Counted from the stretch's first letter, positions 9,888 to 20,390 are shown. The stretch: DNA of 64,000 nucleotides from Candidatus Omnitrophota bacterium (GCA_043814605.1 JBDRJV010000037.1:163902-227901); one strand, 5' to 3'. The notes: generated by a model not told the origin, from the sequence alone. Program-made: numbers and translations.

Positions 9888-11782
9888 TTAATGCAATAGC
9901 CGGATATATAAATAGTATTGAGAAAATTTCCAATACTTTGTTAGAAAAAATGGCCCAAACCATAAAGCACTCTCCGAATATTAATATGGATACTTGGCAG
10001 GATCAGGTGTTGGCGATTTCACAAGCCAGCTATAAAACTGCAAAATCATTTAATGCCCCGATATTTAATGCAAACAATACTCTTAAACTCGTGATGGTGG
10101 GGGAAATTTTTGATTATGAGAAACAGAAGTTAGAACTTATTCAGCGGGGTTATAAATTTAAATTTCCCGATAGTGCGGCTGAATTTTGCTTACATCTTTA
10201 CGAAGAAAAGGGCAATGCTGCGTTTTGCCAACTAAATGGATCGTTTGGCTTAGCGATTTATAATACAAAAACAAGTGAATTTTTATTAGTGAGTGATCGT
10301 TTTTCTTCGCAGCCTATTTTTTATCATCTAACTAATAAAAAAACATTATTATTTGGATCTCAGGTAGCTTCTATCTTAAAGTCCAATGAGGTTTCGCGGG
10401 AATTAGATAGAGAAGCGGTTTTTGAATATTTTACTTTTCTGCAGGTTTTTGGGACTAAAACGTTCTGCAAAAATATAAAAATGCTTGAACCGGCAACAAT
10501 ACTGACTTACATTAATGGAAAGATTTCTTTTTCACAATACTGGAGTTTTAAATATCAGGAAAAATGTGGTTCCGAACAATATTATGTGGAAAGATTAGCA
10601 AAAACCATAAAAACAGCTGTGCAAAGAAGAACACAGGGGAATGACCGCTTGGGGTTGTTATTAAGCGGAGGATTAGATTCGAGGATTATCTTGGCAGCTG
10701 CGGATAAGGAGATGGTCTGCTTTACCGTCGGAGATTTTGAGAATCGAGAGGTTAAAACGGCAAAAAAAATTTGTCAAGCTAAGGGATGCAAGCATATTTT
10801 TCTAAAACGAGATGTTGACCACTATGTAAATCTTTGGGAAAAAGCTGTAGATATTGGCGATAGTTTGTATTGTTTTACGCATGCTTACGCAATTGGTTTT
10901 TTCGAACAAATTACCAGGGAATGTGATGTTGTATTTCATGGCTATGCACTGGAGCGATTTTTTAGAGGAACAATGTTGGCTCAGAAAAAATTTTCTTTAT
11001 TCGGTACCACTATTTTTAATTGGCTGGATAATCTTAAAGGGAGTTGTCTGGCGCGGCAAATTTTAAGTAAATTCAAAACTAGTTTTTATGCGCTAGATCC
11101 AGCGCAGCTTTTTTCTCAGAAAAATTATGATGTATTTGATAAAATTTTATTAGAATCAATCAAGAAAATTACCGATGAATCAGAAAATAATTGTGATCAT
11201 AAACAGGATCAATTCCTTTGGGCGAATACACGTTATCCCCAAGGCTTTGCTTTCCTGAATGTTTCTTCGATCAGAGCATTTATGAATGAACGCAGTATTA
11301 TTTTTGACAATGACCTTATCGATCTTCATCTGGAAATGCCGCTTAAGTATCGAGCCAATAGCAGGATTTGGAAAAAAGTTATTGCTCAATTGAATTCTAA
11401 AATTGCGAGTGTTCCTAATTCAAACCAAGGATTGAAAATATGGCAAAAGGCAGTGAATAAATTATTTTTTAGAAAACCGGAAAAATTGCCGGCTCCGATA
11501 TTTACCCAAGGATCGTGGCCAAACTTTTTGTTATTTATCCGTTATCATAAAAAGATGCGCGATTTAATAGAAAAGATAATAAAAGATCAGGAGAACATTT
11601 CGCCGGATATTTTTAATTTACAAAAAATTGACCAAGTATATAAGGAATACATGAATGGGAAAAATGAATATTCAATATTGTTATATCTTTTACTTACATT
11701 TGGAACATGGTATAAAAAACATGGACTAAAAATATTTTCTAACAATTTAAAGCAGGATGGGAGTAAAGTAAATGAAGAATGA
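9884..11782 (+). CDS. asparagine synthase-like PP-loop amidotransferase (AsnB family) lacking the N-terminal Cys nucleophile
   Basis: PP-loop LLSGGLDSRII. AsnB-like length and architecture. The N-terminus is MINAIAGY with no Cys at position 2. Confidence 0.65.
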   Translation: MINAIAGYINSIEKISNTLLEKMAQTIKHSPNINMDTWQDQVLAISQASYKTAKSFNAPIFNANNTLKLVMVGEIFDYEKQKLELIQRGYKFKFPDSAAEFCLHLYEEKGNAAFCQLNGSFGLAIYNTKTSEFLLVSDRFSSQPIFYHLTNKKTLLFGSQVASILKSNEVSRELDREAVFEYFTFLQVFGTKTFCKNIKMLEPATILTYINGKISFSQYWSFKYQEKCGSEQYYVERLAKTIKTAVQRRTQGNDRLGLLLSGGLDSRIILAAADKEMVCFTVGDFENREVKTAKKICQAKGCKHIFLKRDVDHYVNLWEKAVDIGDSLYCFTHAYAIGFFEQITRECDVVFHGYALERFFRGTMLAQKKFSLFGTTIFNWLDNLKGSCLARQILSKFKTSFYALDPAQLFSQKNYDVFDKILLESIKKITDESENNCDHKQDQFLWANTRYPQGFAFLNVSSIRAFMNERSIIFDNDLIDLHLEMPLKYRANSRIWKKVIAQLNSKIASVPNSNQGLKIWQKAVNKLFFRKPEKLPAPIFTQGSWPNFLLFIRYHKKMRDLIEKIIKDQENISPDIFNLQKIDQVYKEYMNGKNEYSILLYLLLTFGTWYKKHGLKIFSNNLKQDGSKVNEE

Positions 11783-13634
11783 TGAATATAACCTTCTGGG
11801 AAACGTTAAAAGCATTAAAGATTTAAAAAAAATTAAAAAAAGCGAATTACCGGTATTGGCACAGGAAATACGTCAGTTTATTATTGAGAATGTTGCCAAG
11901 ACCGGCGGGCATCTGGGAGCTTCTTTAGGTGCTGTAGAATTAACCGTAGCGTTGCATTATTTTTTTAACAGCCCCAAGGATAAAATTATCTGGGATGTGG
12001 GGCATCAAGCGTATGCGCATAAGATTTTAACCGGGAGGAAGGATTTATTTTCTACACTGCGTCAAAAAGCAGGGATCAGTGGTTTTCCCCGTATCAATGA
12101 GAGTGAACATGATGCTTTTGGCACAGGGCATGCTTCTACTTCTCTATCTGCGGCATTAGGATTTGCTTGTGCCCGTGATTTAAAAAAAGAGAATCATGAA
12201 GTAATTGCGATTATCGGAGACGGAGCAATGACCGGAGGTAATGCATTGGAAGCAATTAATCAGGTGGGGTATCTTAATACTAAGCTGATTGTAATTCTTA
12301 ATGATAACCGGATGTCAATTTCTGAAAATGTGGGGGGATTATCTAAATATACGCATCGGATAGAACATACTGATGTTTACCAGCAGATAAAAGATACAAT
12401 GCATGAGTTGATTGAAAAAGGAAACGGATTAAGGGAAAAACTTTTAGAATTAAAAGCACACTTAAAAGAGGTTGGTTCTCCCGGATTGCTTTTTGAAAAA
12501 CTCGGATTTGATTATATTGGTCCGATTGACGGGCATGACATCAGGAGTATTTTAGAGGCTTTAAATACAGCAAAAAATACTAAGGCTCCGAGCTTAATTC
12601 ATTGCCGGACGATTAAGGGAAAAGGGTATACTCATGCGGAAAATGATAAGTCAAGATTTCATGGGATCAGTGCTTTTGATATTGATAGCGGGTGTAATAT
12701 TGATTGTCCGGGCCAATTAACATATACGCAGGTATTTAGTAATAGTTTAGTGGAATTAGCGCAAAAAGATGAAAAAATTGTGGCAATTACAGCGGCAATG
12801 CCAGATGGGACAGGGCTTACTGCATTTGCGCAAAAATTTCCCAAAAGATTTTTTGATGTGGGTATTGCTGAACAGCATGCAGTAGTTTTTGCCGCAGGAT
12901 TAGCATGTGCAGGGTTTAAACCTGTAGTAGCAATTTATTCTACTTTTTTACAAAGAGCTTATGATGCTATAATTCATGATGTGTGTTTACAAAAACTTCC
13001 GGTTATTTTTGCCATTGATCGGGCGGGTATTGTTGGTGAAGACGGAGCTACGCATCAGGGAGTATTTGATATTTCTTATTTAAGACATATCCCTGGAATT
13101 ACAATCCTTGCTCCTTCTAATAAGCAGGAATTAGTTCAAATGCTTGGGTTTGCTTTAAAATTAAAAAAACCAGTTGCTTTACGTTATCCTCGAGGATGTT
13201 GTGTTGAAATTAACAATAGAAAATTAACTGCCTTAGAATTGGGAAAATGTGAAATAATCTCAAAAGGGAATAATTTAACAATTGTGTCTATTGGCACAAT
13301 GTTGGAGCCGGCATTTTTGGCTGCCCAGGAACTTAAAAAACAAGGCATTTCGGTAACCTTAATTAATGCGCGGTTTGTAAAACCTTTAGATCCTGTGATT
13401 GCAGAAATTATAAATGAAACAGGAAAAGCGATTATTATTGAAGAAAATACTAAAAAAGGCGGCTTTGGTAGTGCAATCCTGGAATTATGCCAAGAAAATA
13501 GATTACAAGCAGATATTCGAATCTTAGGGGTTAAAGATGATTTTGTAGAGCATGCTTCACAAGAAATAGCGCATCAGGAACAGGCGCTTACAGCGGATGA
13601 AATAATAAAAATAGGGAAGAAATTATATGGGTAA
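11772..13634 (+). CDS. dxs: 1-deoxy-D-xylulose-5-phosphate synthase
   Basis: Strong match to the DXS N-terminus (GGHLGASLGAVELTVALHYFFNSP, DVGHQAYAHKILTGR). TPP-binding GDGAMTGG. Transketolase-like C-terminus. 620 aa. Confidence 0.9.
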   Translation: MKNDEYNLLGNVKSIKDLKKIKKSELPVLAQEIRQFIIENVAKTGGHLGASLGAVELTVALHYFFNSPKDKIIWDVGHQAYAHKILTGRKDLFSTLRQKAGISGFPRINESEHDAFGTGHASTSLSAALGFACARDLKKENHEVIAIIGDGAMTGGNALEAINQVGYLNTKLIVILNDNRMSISENVGGLSKYTHRIEHTDVYQQIKDTMHELIEKGNGLREKLLELKAHLKEVGSPGLLFEKLGFDYIGPIDGHDIRSILEALNTAKNTKAPSLIHCRTIKGKGYTHAENDKSRFHGISAFDIDSGCNIDCPGQLTYTQVFSNSLVELAQKDEKIVAITAAMPDGTGLTAFAQKFPKRFFDVGIAEQHAVVFAAGLACAGFKPVVAIYSTFLQRAYDAIIHDVCLQKLPVIFAIDRAGIVGEDGATHQGVFDISYLRHIPGITILAPSNKQELVQMLGFALKLKKPVALRYPRGCCVEINNRKLTALELGKCEIISKGNNLTIVSIGTMLEPAFLAAQELKKQGISVTLINARFVKPLDPVIAEIINETGKAIIIEENTKKGGFGSAILELCQENRLQADIRILGVKDDFVEHASQEIAHQEQALTADEIIKIGKKLYG

Positions 13635-14181
13635 ATATAAGAATAATTTCGATGATCAGTTAATTTTAGTTGACAAAAGTGATCAGGTTTTAGGCTATCA
13701 AGCAAAAGATAAATGTCACGAAAGTAATGGAATACTGCACCGGGCTTTTTCGATATTTTTATTTAATGACCAAAAACAGTTGCTTTTACAGCAAAGAAGT
13801 AAAGAAAAATTGCTGTGGCCGCTTTTTTGGTCAAATAGCGTATGTTCACACCCGCGTTATGGAGAATCTATGGAAAAGGCGGCAAAACGCCGCCTGCAGG
13901 AAGAATTGAATACAAAAACGCAATTACACTATTTATTTAAATTTGATTATCAGGTTCAATTTAAAGATATTGGAGCAGAAAATGAATTATGTTATGTGTA
14001 TATAGGAAAAGTCAATAATCCAATTGTTATTAATAAAAATGAAATTGCTGATTTTAAATATATAGATTACCGAGAAATTTCTTCTGAGATTAATAAACAA
14101 AGTAATTGTTTTACTCCCTGGTTTAAGATTGAATGGGAAAGAATCGAAAAAGAATATTTACCGGTTATTATGAAGCTATGA
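13627..14181 (+). CDS. idi: isopentenyl-diphosphate delta-isomerase, type 1 (Nudix)
   Basis: HRAFSIFLFN, WSNSVCSHP and GES...RRLQEELN match the type-1 IDI conserved blocks. Overlaps dxs by 8 bp. Confidence 0.8.
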   Translation: MGKYKNNFDDQLILVDKSDQVLGYQAKDKCHESNGILHRAFSIFLFNDQKQLLLQQRSKEKLLWPLFWSNSVCSHPRYGESMEKAAKRRLQEELNTKTQLHYLFKFDYQVQFKDIGAENELCYVYIGKVNNPIVINKNEIADFKYIDYREISSEINKQSNCFTPWFKIEWERIEKEYLPVIMKL

Positions 14182-14290
14182 ATAGTAATTTATGAGATTG
14201 ATGTTTGTTCTCTAACCAATTGAAAAATCAATCAGATTACTAGTATTCGGCTAAGTATTTTCTATAAAATCAGTCAAATTCCCGCCCCTA

Positions 14291-14318
14291 TTGCAAAAGT
14301 TAAAATATAGTGTATAAT
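14291..14318 (+). promoter_or_regulatory. sigma70-like promoter candidate (TTGCAA, 16-bp spacer, TATAAT) in the 475-bp AT-rich leader ahead of the export operon
   Basis: Near-consensus -35/-10 hexamers with 16-bp spacing, read directly in the sequence. It lies about 340 bp upstream of the first ORF. Confidence 0.35.
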
Positions 14319-14656
14319 TAAATCTTTAAGTAACTTGCTTGTATTAAATGTTACGGACTGTCTAGGACATACTACGACTGTCCATTTTTTTATACATTAT
14401 TTAACAAATATCTAATTTACACAATTTTCGAAAAATATTAGACAAACCATATCTTTATAACTTTTTGTACAATAAAAAGATATGAATTAAATAAATTAAG
14501 CATAATAATTCTTAGTTTGGCATAAATTATGCTTGTAATAGTCTGTATTTTTATGTAGCAGACATTCTCATACAATGCCAGACACCAGATTATCAGAATT
14601 AAAGTTTATAAAATAATTCATTTATTGAAAGGAAGTTAAAGAAGGAGAGAAGTATT

Positions 14657-14854
14657 ATGATGAATGGCAGGTTAAGTATTACTGAGGCAGCTGAGCAAAT
14701 TGAGGTTTCTCCTAAAACCATAATTCGCTGGGAAAAAGCTGGAAAAGTAAAAAAAGCCAAAAGAGATTGGCGAGGCTGGAGGTTTTATACTTACGAGGAT
14801 TTGCAGCAGCTAAAAAGTTTTAAGGCAACTGTTTATTACACACAAGACGCATAA
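14657..14854 (+). CDS. small helix-turn-helix DNA-binding protein (MerR/excisionase-like HTH)
   Basis: 65 aa. LSITEAAEQIEVSPKTIIRWEKAGKV is a typical MerR-type HTH. Good RBS (GGAGAG) upstream. Confidence 0.45.
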   Translation: MMNGRLSITEAAEQIEVSPKTIIRWEKAGKVKKAKRDWRGWRFYTYEDLQQLKSFKATVYYTQDA

Positions 14855-14870
14855 ACAAGAGGAGTAAATA

Positions 14871-15686
14871 ATGAAAAATAAAATTGTGATTTTAGCAAGG
14901 TGTATTCTAATCAGTTTTATCGGAACAGTTTTTGTGTTCGCGCAGCTTCTTTTTGCGCAGACAGTGGAAGTAGATTCTAATTTAGATTCAAAGATTAATG
15001 TAAAAGTTAGTAAAAAACCAAAGGGAAAATTCAATAAAAGAGCCGAATATAAAATTAAAAAAGAGGAATACGGTGAATATACTTTAGGTAAAGATGATGT
15101 TATTGAAATTACGGTTCGCCGGCACTCGGAATTTAGCGGCCGTTTTCCGATTGGCGCTAATGGAAAAATTCAGTATCCTTTTGTGGGAGACATTGAACTT
15201 ACCGGATTAACAAAAACAGAAGCAATAAATAAATTGCAGGGTATTTTAAAGGAATATGTTGAATCTGCGGAAGTTGATATTACAATTATTGAATATAACA
15301 GTAAAGTAGTTTATATGGTTGGACAAGTGGCTCGCCCGGGCCGATATAGCATGAGAGCTGAATTTATGCCAGTACGTGATGCGGTTTTAGTAGCGGGTTT
15401 ACCGCGGGAAAATATTGCGTCATTACGCCGTGCAATAATTATTCGTCCAGTTGAAGAAGGTAAACCAATTGTAAAAAAAGTTAACATGTTAAGTTTGCTT
15501 TATGATGGTAATTTAAAAATAAATTATGATTTACGTTCCGGTGATATTGTGTATTTGCCTTCAACTGCTCTTTATAAAGTAAGTACGATTTTAGACCAGA
15601 TAGTTTCCCCGTTTTTCCGTAGTTCCACAGCGTATAATACCTGGGAAGAAGATGTGTTGTACCGGGATCAACCGAGACGGGATTAA
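14871..15686 (+). CDS. wza: polysaccharide export outer-membrane protein (Wza/Poly_export family)
   Basis: Signal peptide. Poly_export motif LGKDDVIEITV...GANGKIQYPFVGDIELTGLT followed by an SLBB-like region. Confidence 0.8.
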   Translation: MKNKIVILARCILISFIGTVFVFAQLLFAQTVEVDSNLDSKINVKVSKKPKGKFNKRAEYKIKKEEYGEYTLGKDDVIEITVRRHSEFSGRFPIGANGKIQYPFVGDIELTGLTKTEAINKLQGILKEYVESAEVDITIIEYNSKVVYMVGQVARPGRYSMRAEFMPVRDAVLVAGLPRENIASLRRAIIIRPVEEGKPIVKKVNMLSLLYDGNLKINYDLRSGDIVYLPSTALYKVSTILDQIVSPFFRSSTAYNTWEEDVLYRDQPRRD

Positions 15687-15717
15687 AAACATATTTTAAA
15701 ACAATAAGGAGTTAATA

Positions 15718-16959
15718 ATGCAGGCAAATATGATTAATTATTTACAAATATTTTTTAGAAGAAAACACTTATTCCTTTACCCCTTTTTATTCACAGTTTT
15801 TGTCGCGGTTGTTTTAAGTTTTGTGCTGCCGAAAACATATGTTTCCAGTTCCGCTATTTTAATTGAAGAAGAAAACGTGCTTAATCCATTAATTAGCGGA
15901 TTGGCAATATCCAGCAGTGTTGCGGACAGGCACAGAATAATCCGGGAGCAAATTTTGAGCTGGAAAAGCTTAACCGAATTAACCCGGCGGTTAAAACTTG
16001 ACGAAAAGATTAAAACACAATTCAGCTATGAAGAATTAATAAAAGATTTACGTGATCATATAGTAGTTGAGTTGCGCGGCCCGCAATTAGTAACAATATC
16101 TTACAACGGAAGAATTCCTAAAGATGTTCAGCTCGTCGCTAAAGAACTTACAGATATTTTTATCCATCAAAATGTCGAAGCTCAGACAAAGGAAACAGAT
16201 GTTGCGGTTAATTTTTTACAGGATCAGCTGAAATTATACCGGCGGAAAATTAAAGAAGATGAAATTAAAAATCTTGAAGGAGAATTAGAAAATTTATTAG
16301 TGGATTCAACGGTCAAACACCCGCTAGTCAAAAATTTGAAAGCACGTATTGCAAAATTAAAAGAGGACTTTCAAAAAGATGATATCGACATAAAGATAAA
16401 ACCGACCAAAGCCTCTTTAAATAAAGATGTCATTTCCTATTTAATAATGAAAGAACTTCAAAAAGATTCTCAGGCTCCTGAATCACCGGATCAAGCCGAA
16501 GATATTTCTTTAACGGAAAGGATTGAAGGATTGCCTTTAGATTCGACTGTAAACGAAGAAATTTATTCGATGCTCTTAGAACGATTGGAAACAGCAAAAA
16601 TAACTAAACAGCTGGAGACTTTTAAGGAAGGAACACGTTTTACAATTATTGACCCGCCGAGATTACCGCTAAAACCGGTAAAACCCGATCCGGTTAAGTT
16701 TTTACTTTATGGCATTGGTTTAGGTGCTTGCGTCGGGTACGGCTGTATTCTGCTTGCGGAAATGGTTGACCGTTCTTATAAAAACATCACGGATACTAAA
16801 GTGGAATTAGAGCGGCCTCTTTTGGGTGTGATTTCGGCAATTATTACCGAAGATGAGTTTTACCGTCGTAAAAACGGGGCAAAGTTTACGTATACAGTAA
16901 TGGCTGCATTTTTTGCTTTAATGGTGATTATTGTTTTAATTTTTTCAATTGTTAGATAA
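15718..16959 (+). CDS. wzz: polysaccharide chain-length determinant / co-polymerase (Wzz/GumC-like)
   Basis: N-terminal TM, long coiled-coil periplasmic region, C-terminal TM. Sits between wza and the BY-kinase. Confidence 0.65.
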   Translation: MQANMINYLQIFFRRKHLFLYPFLFTVFVAVVLSFVLPKTYVSSSAILIEEENVLNPLISGLAISSSVADRHRIIREQILSWKSLTELTRRLKLDEKIKTQFSYEELIKDLRDHIVVELRGPQLVTISYNGRIPKDVQLVAKELTDIFIHQNVEAQTKETDVAVNFLQDQLKLYRRKIKEDEIKNLEGELENLLVDSTVKHPLVKNLKARIAKLKEDFQKDDIDIKIKPTKASLNKDVISYLIMKELQKDSQAPESPDQAEDISLTERIEGLPLDSTVNEEIYSMLLERLETAKITKQLETFKEGTRFTIIDPPRLPLKPVKPDPVKFLLYGIGLGACVGYGCILLAEMVDRSYKNITDTKVELERPLLGVISAIITEDEFYRRKNGAKFTYTVMAAFFALMVIIVLIFSIVR

Positions 16960-17746
16960 AGGAGTTAAAATGAAAAACTTTCTCAATTTTTTAAAAACAT
17001 TTCAGGATAAACAGTTAGACGCATTGAACATGCCCTCTTTACCCAAAGAATTTATATTAAAAAAAGTAAGGGATTCAAATATTAATCCGCATATCGTTTC
17101 TTATTTTGACCCAAAATCGCCGATTTCCGAACAATACCGCAGATTAAGAGAAAATATTAAGACTCTCAATAAACAAAACCAGATAAAAACCTTAGCAATT
17201 ACGAGCGCAATAAGCAACGAAGGTAAATCAACGTCTGTTTTAAATCTGGCGGTGACAATGACGAAAGATGTTGACTGTAAGAATGTTTTAGTGATTGATT
17301 GTGATCTGCGCCGGGGAACAATCGGTGATTCTTTAGATATAAAATCAAAAGTCGGCCTTTCAGATTATTTATTGTTGGGTGCGGATGTGGAAAATATTAT
17401 TTATAAAACTAAAATTGAAAAGCTTTCCATTATCCCGCGCGGGAAAATTGCCGAAGACCCCGCAGAATTATTAGCTTCGATTAAAATGCAAACATTGCTA
17501 GATAAAGTGAAGGGAAAATTTGATTTTATAATTTTAGATACATCTCCGGTTATTGCGGTAGCAGATAGCGGGATTGTCTGTGCGCTGGTTGATGGGGTAA
17601 TTATGGTAATTTGTGCCGGTAAAACCCAGCGCGGGATTGTAAAACATGCGGCAGAGCTTTTAGCTCAAGGCAAGGCAAATTTACTCGGATATATTTTAGC
17701 CCATATTGAATATCCGATTCCGGATTATATTTATCGGTACATTTAA
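16949..17746 (+). CDS. tyrosine-protein kinase (BY-kinase, CpsD/CapB-like cytoplasmic subunit)
   Basis: Walker A SNEGKSTS, Walker A' VIDCDLRRG, Walker B FIILDTSP. C-terminal Tyr cluster YIYRYI. Confidence 0.8.
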   Translation: MLDKGVKMKNFLNFLKTFQDKQLDALNMPSLPKEFILKKVRDSNINPHIVSYFDPKSPISEQYRRLRENIKTLNKQNQIKTLAITSAISNEGKSTSVLNLAVTMTKDVDCKNVLVIDCDLRRGTIGDSLDIKSKVGLSDYLLLGADVENIIYKTKIEKLSIIPRGKIAEDPAELLASIKMQTLLDKVKGKFDFIILDTSPVIAVADSGIVCALVDGVIMVICAGKTQRGIVKHAAELLAQGKANLLGYILAHIEYPIPDYIYRYI

Positions 17747-17799
17747 AAAGTCAATAGTTGACAGTAACTAGCTGATGGCTGATAGCGTTTAGAAAAAAA

Positions 17800-18545
17800 G
17801 TTATGAATTACGAGTTACGAGTGATAAATGAAAAGCGGAAAAGCAGATAAAAATTGAGAAACGATGGACGATCGCTTCGCTAGGATGAAGGACGAGTGAC
17901 AAGTGATGAGTGACGAGTGATAAAAAAAACTAAAACTAATTAACAATATAAAACAAGAAATTAATAATATTAAAATTCAATTATTAGGGGCAAATTTAAG
18001 GTGAATGTTAAAATGAGTAGTGATAATAATATTGTTGATAGAAGTTATAAATTTGCTTTGGAAATTATTAAATTAGTTAATTTTTTACCAAAAAGTACTA
18101 GTGGAACTGTAATTGGTAATCAGATAATGAAATCAGGGACATCCATAGGCGCTAATGTGGAAGAAGCACAAGGATCTGCGAGTAAAAAAGATTTTACTAA
18201 TAAAATGGCAATATCTAAAAAAGAAGCCAGAGAAACAAGGTATTGGCTTAGATTAATAAAGGATTCAGGAATTCTAAAAGAAAATGAGTTGGAGAATTTG
18301 CTTAAAGAAATTGATGAAATATTAAAAATTCTTACAGCTATTGTGAAAACATCAAAAGCTAACTTAAAATGTTGATTCTATTTGTTGTTTTTTGCTTTTA
18401 GGTTTTTAACTTATAACTTGTCAATCGTAATTTGTAATTAGTAAGGTAATTCATAATTAGTAATTTATAACTATCAGGTGTTTTTAACTTATAACTTGTA
18501 ACTCGTAATTTGTAACTATTAAGGTAATTCATAATTTTACAAAGG
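17800..18545 (+). mobile_element. Cassette copy A: conserved about 200-bp leader, four-helix-bundle (23S rRNA IVS / Avd-like) gene, and AT-rich tail with inverted-repeat ends
   Basis: The leader is near-identical to 20440-20654. The tail carries 'ttataacttgtaactcgtaatttgtaact' blocks. The 13-bp inverted repeat aattacgagttac / gtaactcgtaatt brackets the gene. Confidence 0.45.
18001..18375 (+). CDS. four-helix-bundle protein (23S rRNA-intervening-sequence protein family, Avd-like); the probable true start is the ATG at 18013
   Basis: 124 aa. About 90% identical to the copies at 20655 and 33009. Family-typical helices (...KSGTSIGANVEEAQG..S..F...ISKKEARETRYWLRL...). Confidence 0.8.
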   Translation: MNVKMSSDNNIVDRSYKFALEIIKLVNFLPKSTSGTVIGNQIMKSGTSIGANVEEAQGSASKKDFTNKMAISKKEARETRYWLRLIKDSGILKENELENLLKEIDEILKILTAIVKTSKANLKC

Positions 18546-18554
18546 TAACAAAAC

Positions 18555-20390
18555 ATGAGCGGAATTATCGGATATGCAGGGAAAAGAAATATCAGTCAGG
18601 TTTTATTAGATAGTCTGGAACGCTTGGAATACCGGGGTTATGATTCTGCGGGGATTGCAACTTTAAACGGAAAAGATTTATACCTTTGCCGGGAAACAGG
18701 GGATTTAAATAACCTAGTCAATACTATTGCTAATTACCCAGTTAAGGGAAAAATCGGGATTGGGCATACGCGTTGGGCAACTCACGGGGAACCGACAAAA
18801 TCTAATGCCCATCCACACACAGATTGTGAAGATAACATAATTGTAGTACATAACGGCATTATTGATAATTATTTATATTTAAAGAAAAAATTAGAAAAAA
18901 ATAAACATAAATTCAAATCAGAAACTGATTCTGAAATTATTGCGCATTTAATAGAAGATTATTTAAAACAAGGAGCGGCTAACCTGGAACAGGCTCTTAG
19001 CTGTACGCTGATGGACTTAAAAGGTTCTTATTCTATTGTGGCTATGTGTAAAAATGAACCGCGGAAATTGATTGCTGCACGCAACGGAAGCCCTTTAATG
19101 CTGGGAATCGGAGATAAAGAAAATTTTATTACTTCAGATGTTCCGGCAATTATCCCGTATACGCATAAGATTATTTTTTTAGAAGATTATCAAATGGCAG
19201 TTGTGGAAGATGAAAATTTTTACATTAAAAATCTCAACGGGGATATCCTGGATTACAATATTTCGAATTTAAATTGGGATGTAAACGCTGCACAAAAAAA
19301 TGGTTATGCGCATTTCATGTTAAAAGAAATTCATGAGCAGCCGATGATGGTGAAAAAAATACTCAGTGAAAAAATCGATTTTAAAAACCTGGATCTTAAG
19401 ATTGAAGAATTATCTAAAATAAAAAAACAAATTTCAAAAGTACATCAAATAATCATTCAAGCTTGCGGCAGCTCGTATCACGCGGGAATGGTGGGAGAAA
19501 AAATAATCGAATATTTTACAAATGTTCATACGGATGTGGAAATATCCAGCGAATTTAGATACAAACATTTTATTGCTGAACCGGGAAGTTTAATTATTTC
19601 CATTACTCAGTCAGGAGAAACTGCCGATACATTAATCGCTTTAAAAAAAGCCAGGCAAAGGGGATTGAATACTTTTTCTCTGTGTAATGTTGTTGGTTCA
19701 AGCATTGCGCGGGAATCAGATGCTGTATTTTGCATTCATGCCGGCCCGGAAGTGGGGGTTGCTTCAACTAAGGCTTATACAGCACAGCTTTTCAGTTTGT
19801 ATCTGATAAGTATATTTTTGGGTGTTTTAAAAAAAATAATTAAAAAAAATTTGAAGAATAATTTAATTAAAGAATTAACTCTTATTCCATCTTTTATGCA
19901 TAAAGTATTAGAGGAAGAAGAGAAAATTAAAGATTGTGCTAAAAAATATTATAACTTTAATAATTTCTTTTTTCTCGGGCGGGGGATTAATTATCCTAGT
20001 GCGCAAGAAGGGGCTTTAAAATTAAAAGAGATTGCCTACATTCATGCTTCTGCCTACGCAGCCGGAGAAATGAAGCACGGGCCGATTGCTTTAGTCGATC
20101 AGGATTTAGTTTGTGTTTGTATTGCTCCCCAAAGCATGACTTATGACAAAATGCTGGCAAATATCCAGGAAATAAAAGCCAGACGCGGAAAAGTTATTGC
20201 TATTGCTACAGCGGGAGATAAACAGATAAGCAAATATGTTGATGATGTGATTTATATCCCGGAGGTTCAGGAAATTTTTTCTCCTTTACTGGTGGCTTTG
20301 CCTTTACAATTACTGGCTTATTATATTGCTTTACACCGCGGCTGCAGTGTGGATAAGCCGAAGAATTTGGCGAAAAGTGTAACTGTTTGA
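18555..20390 (+). CDS. glmS: glutamine--fructose-6-phosphate aminotransferase (GlmS) homolog with Ser in place of the N-terminal catalytic Cys
   Basis: Full-length GlmS architecture: Ntn amidotransferase domain, two SIS domains, C-terminal ...KPKNLAKSVTV. The N-terminus reads M-S-G-I-I-G (codon AGC). Confidence 0.8.
   Translation: MSGIIGYAGKRNISQVLLDSLERLEYRGYDSAGIATLNGKDLYLCRETGDLNNLVNTIANYPVKGKIGIGHTRWATHGEPTKSNAHPHTDCEDNIIVVHNGIIDNYLYLKKKLEKNKHKFKSETDSEIIAHLIEDYLKQGAANLEQALSCTLMDLKGSYSIVAMCKNEPRKLIAARNGSPLMLGIGDKENFITSDVPAIIPYTHKIIFLEDYQMAVVEDENFYIKNLNGDILDYNISNLNWDVNAAQKNGYAHFMLKEIHEQPMMVKKILSEKIDFKNLDLKIEELSKIKKQISKVHQIIIQACGSSYHAGMVGEKIIEYFTNVHTDVEISSEFRYKHFIAEPGSLIISITQSGETADTLIALKKARQRGLNTFSLCNVVGSSIARESDAVFCIHAGPEVGVASTKAYTAQLFSLYLISIFLGVLKKIIKKNLKNNLIKELTLIPSFMHKVLEEEEKIKDCAKKYYNFNNFFFLGRGINYPSAQEGALKLKEIAYIHASAYAAGEMKHGPIALVDQDLVCVCIAPQSMTYDKMLANIQEIKARRGKVIAIATAGDKQISKYVDDVIYIPEVQEIFSPLLVALPLQLLAYYIALHRGCSVDKPKNLAKSVTV

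Noticed and set aside
10854-13909. + strand alternative-frame ORFs 10854-11066 and 13727-13909
   Set aside because: They are embedded in other frames of the AsnB-like and idi genes, whose own frames carry conserved family motifs.
18001-18375. Presence of 23S rRNA or other rRNA/tRNA genes implied by the '23S rRNA intervening sequence protein' family name
   Set aside because: No GC-rich structured RNA-like segments are present. All intergenic spacers are AT-rich word repeats. The family name is historical.
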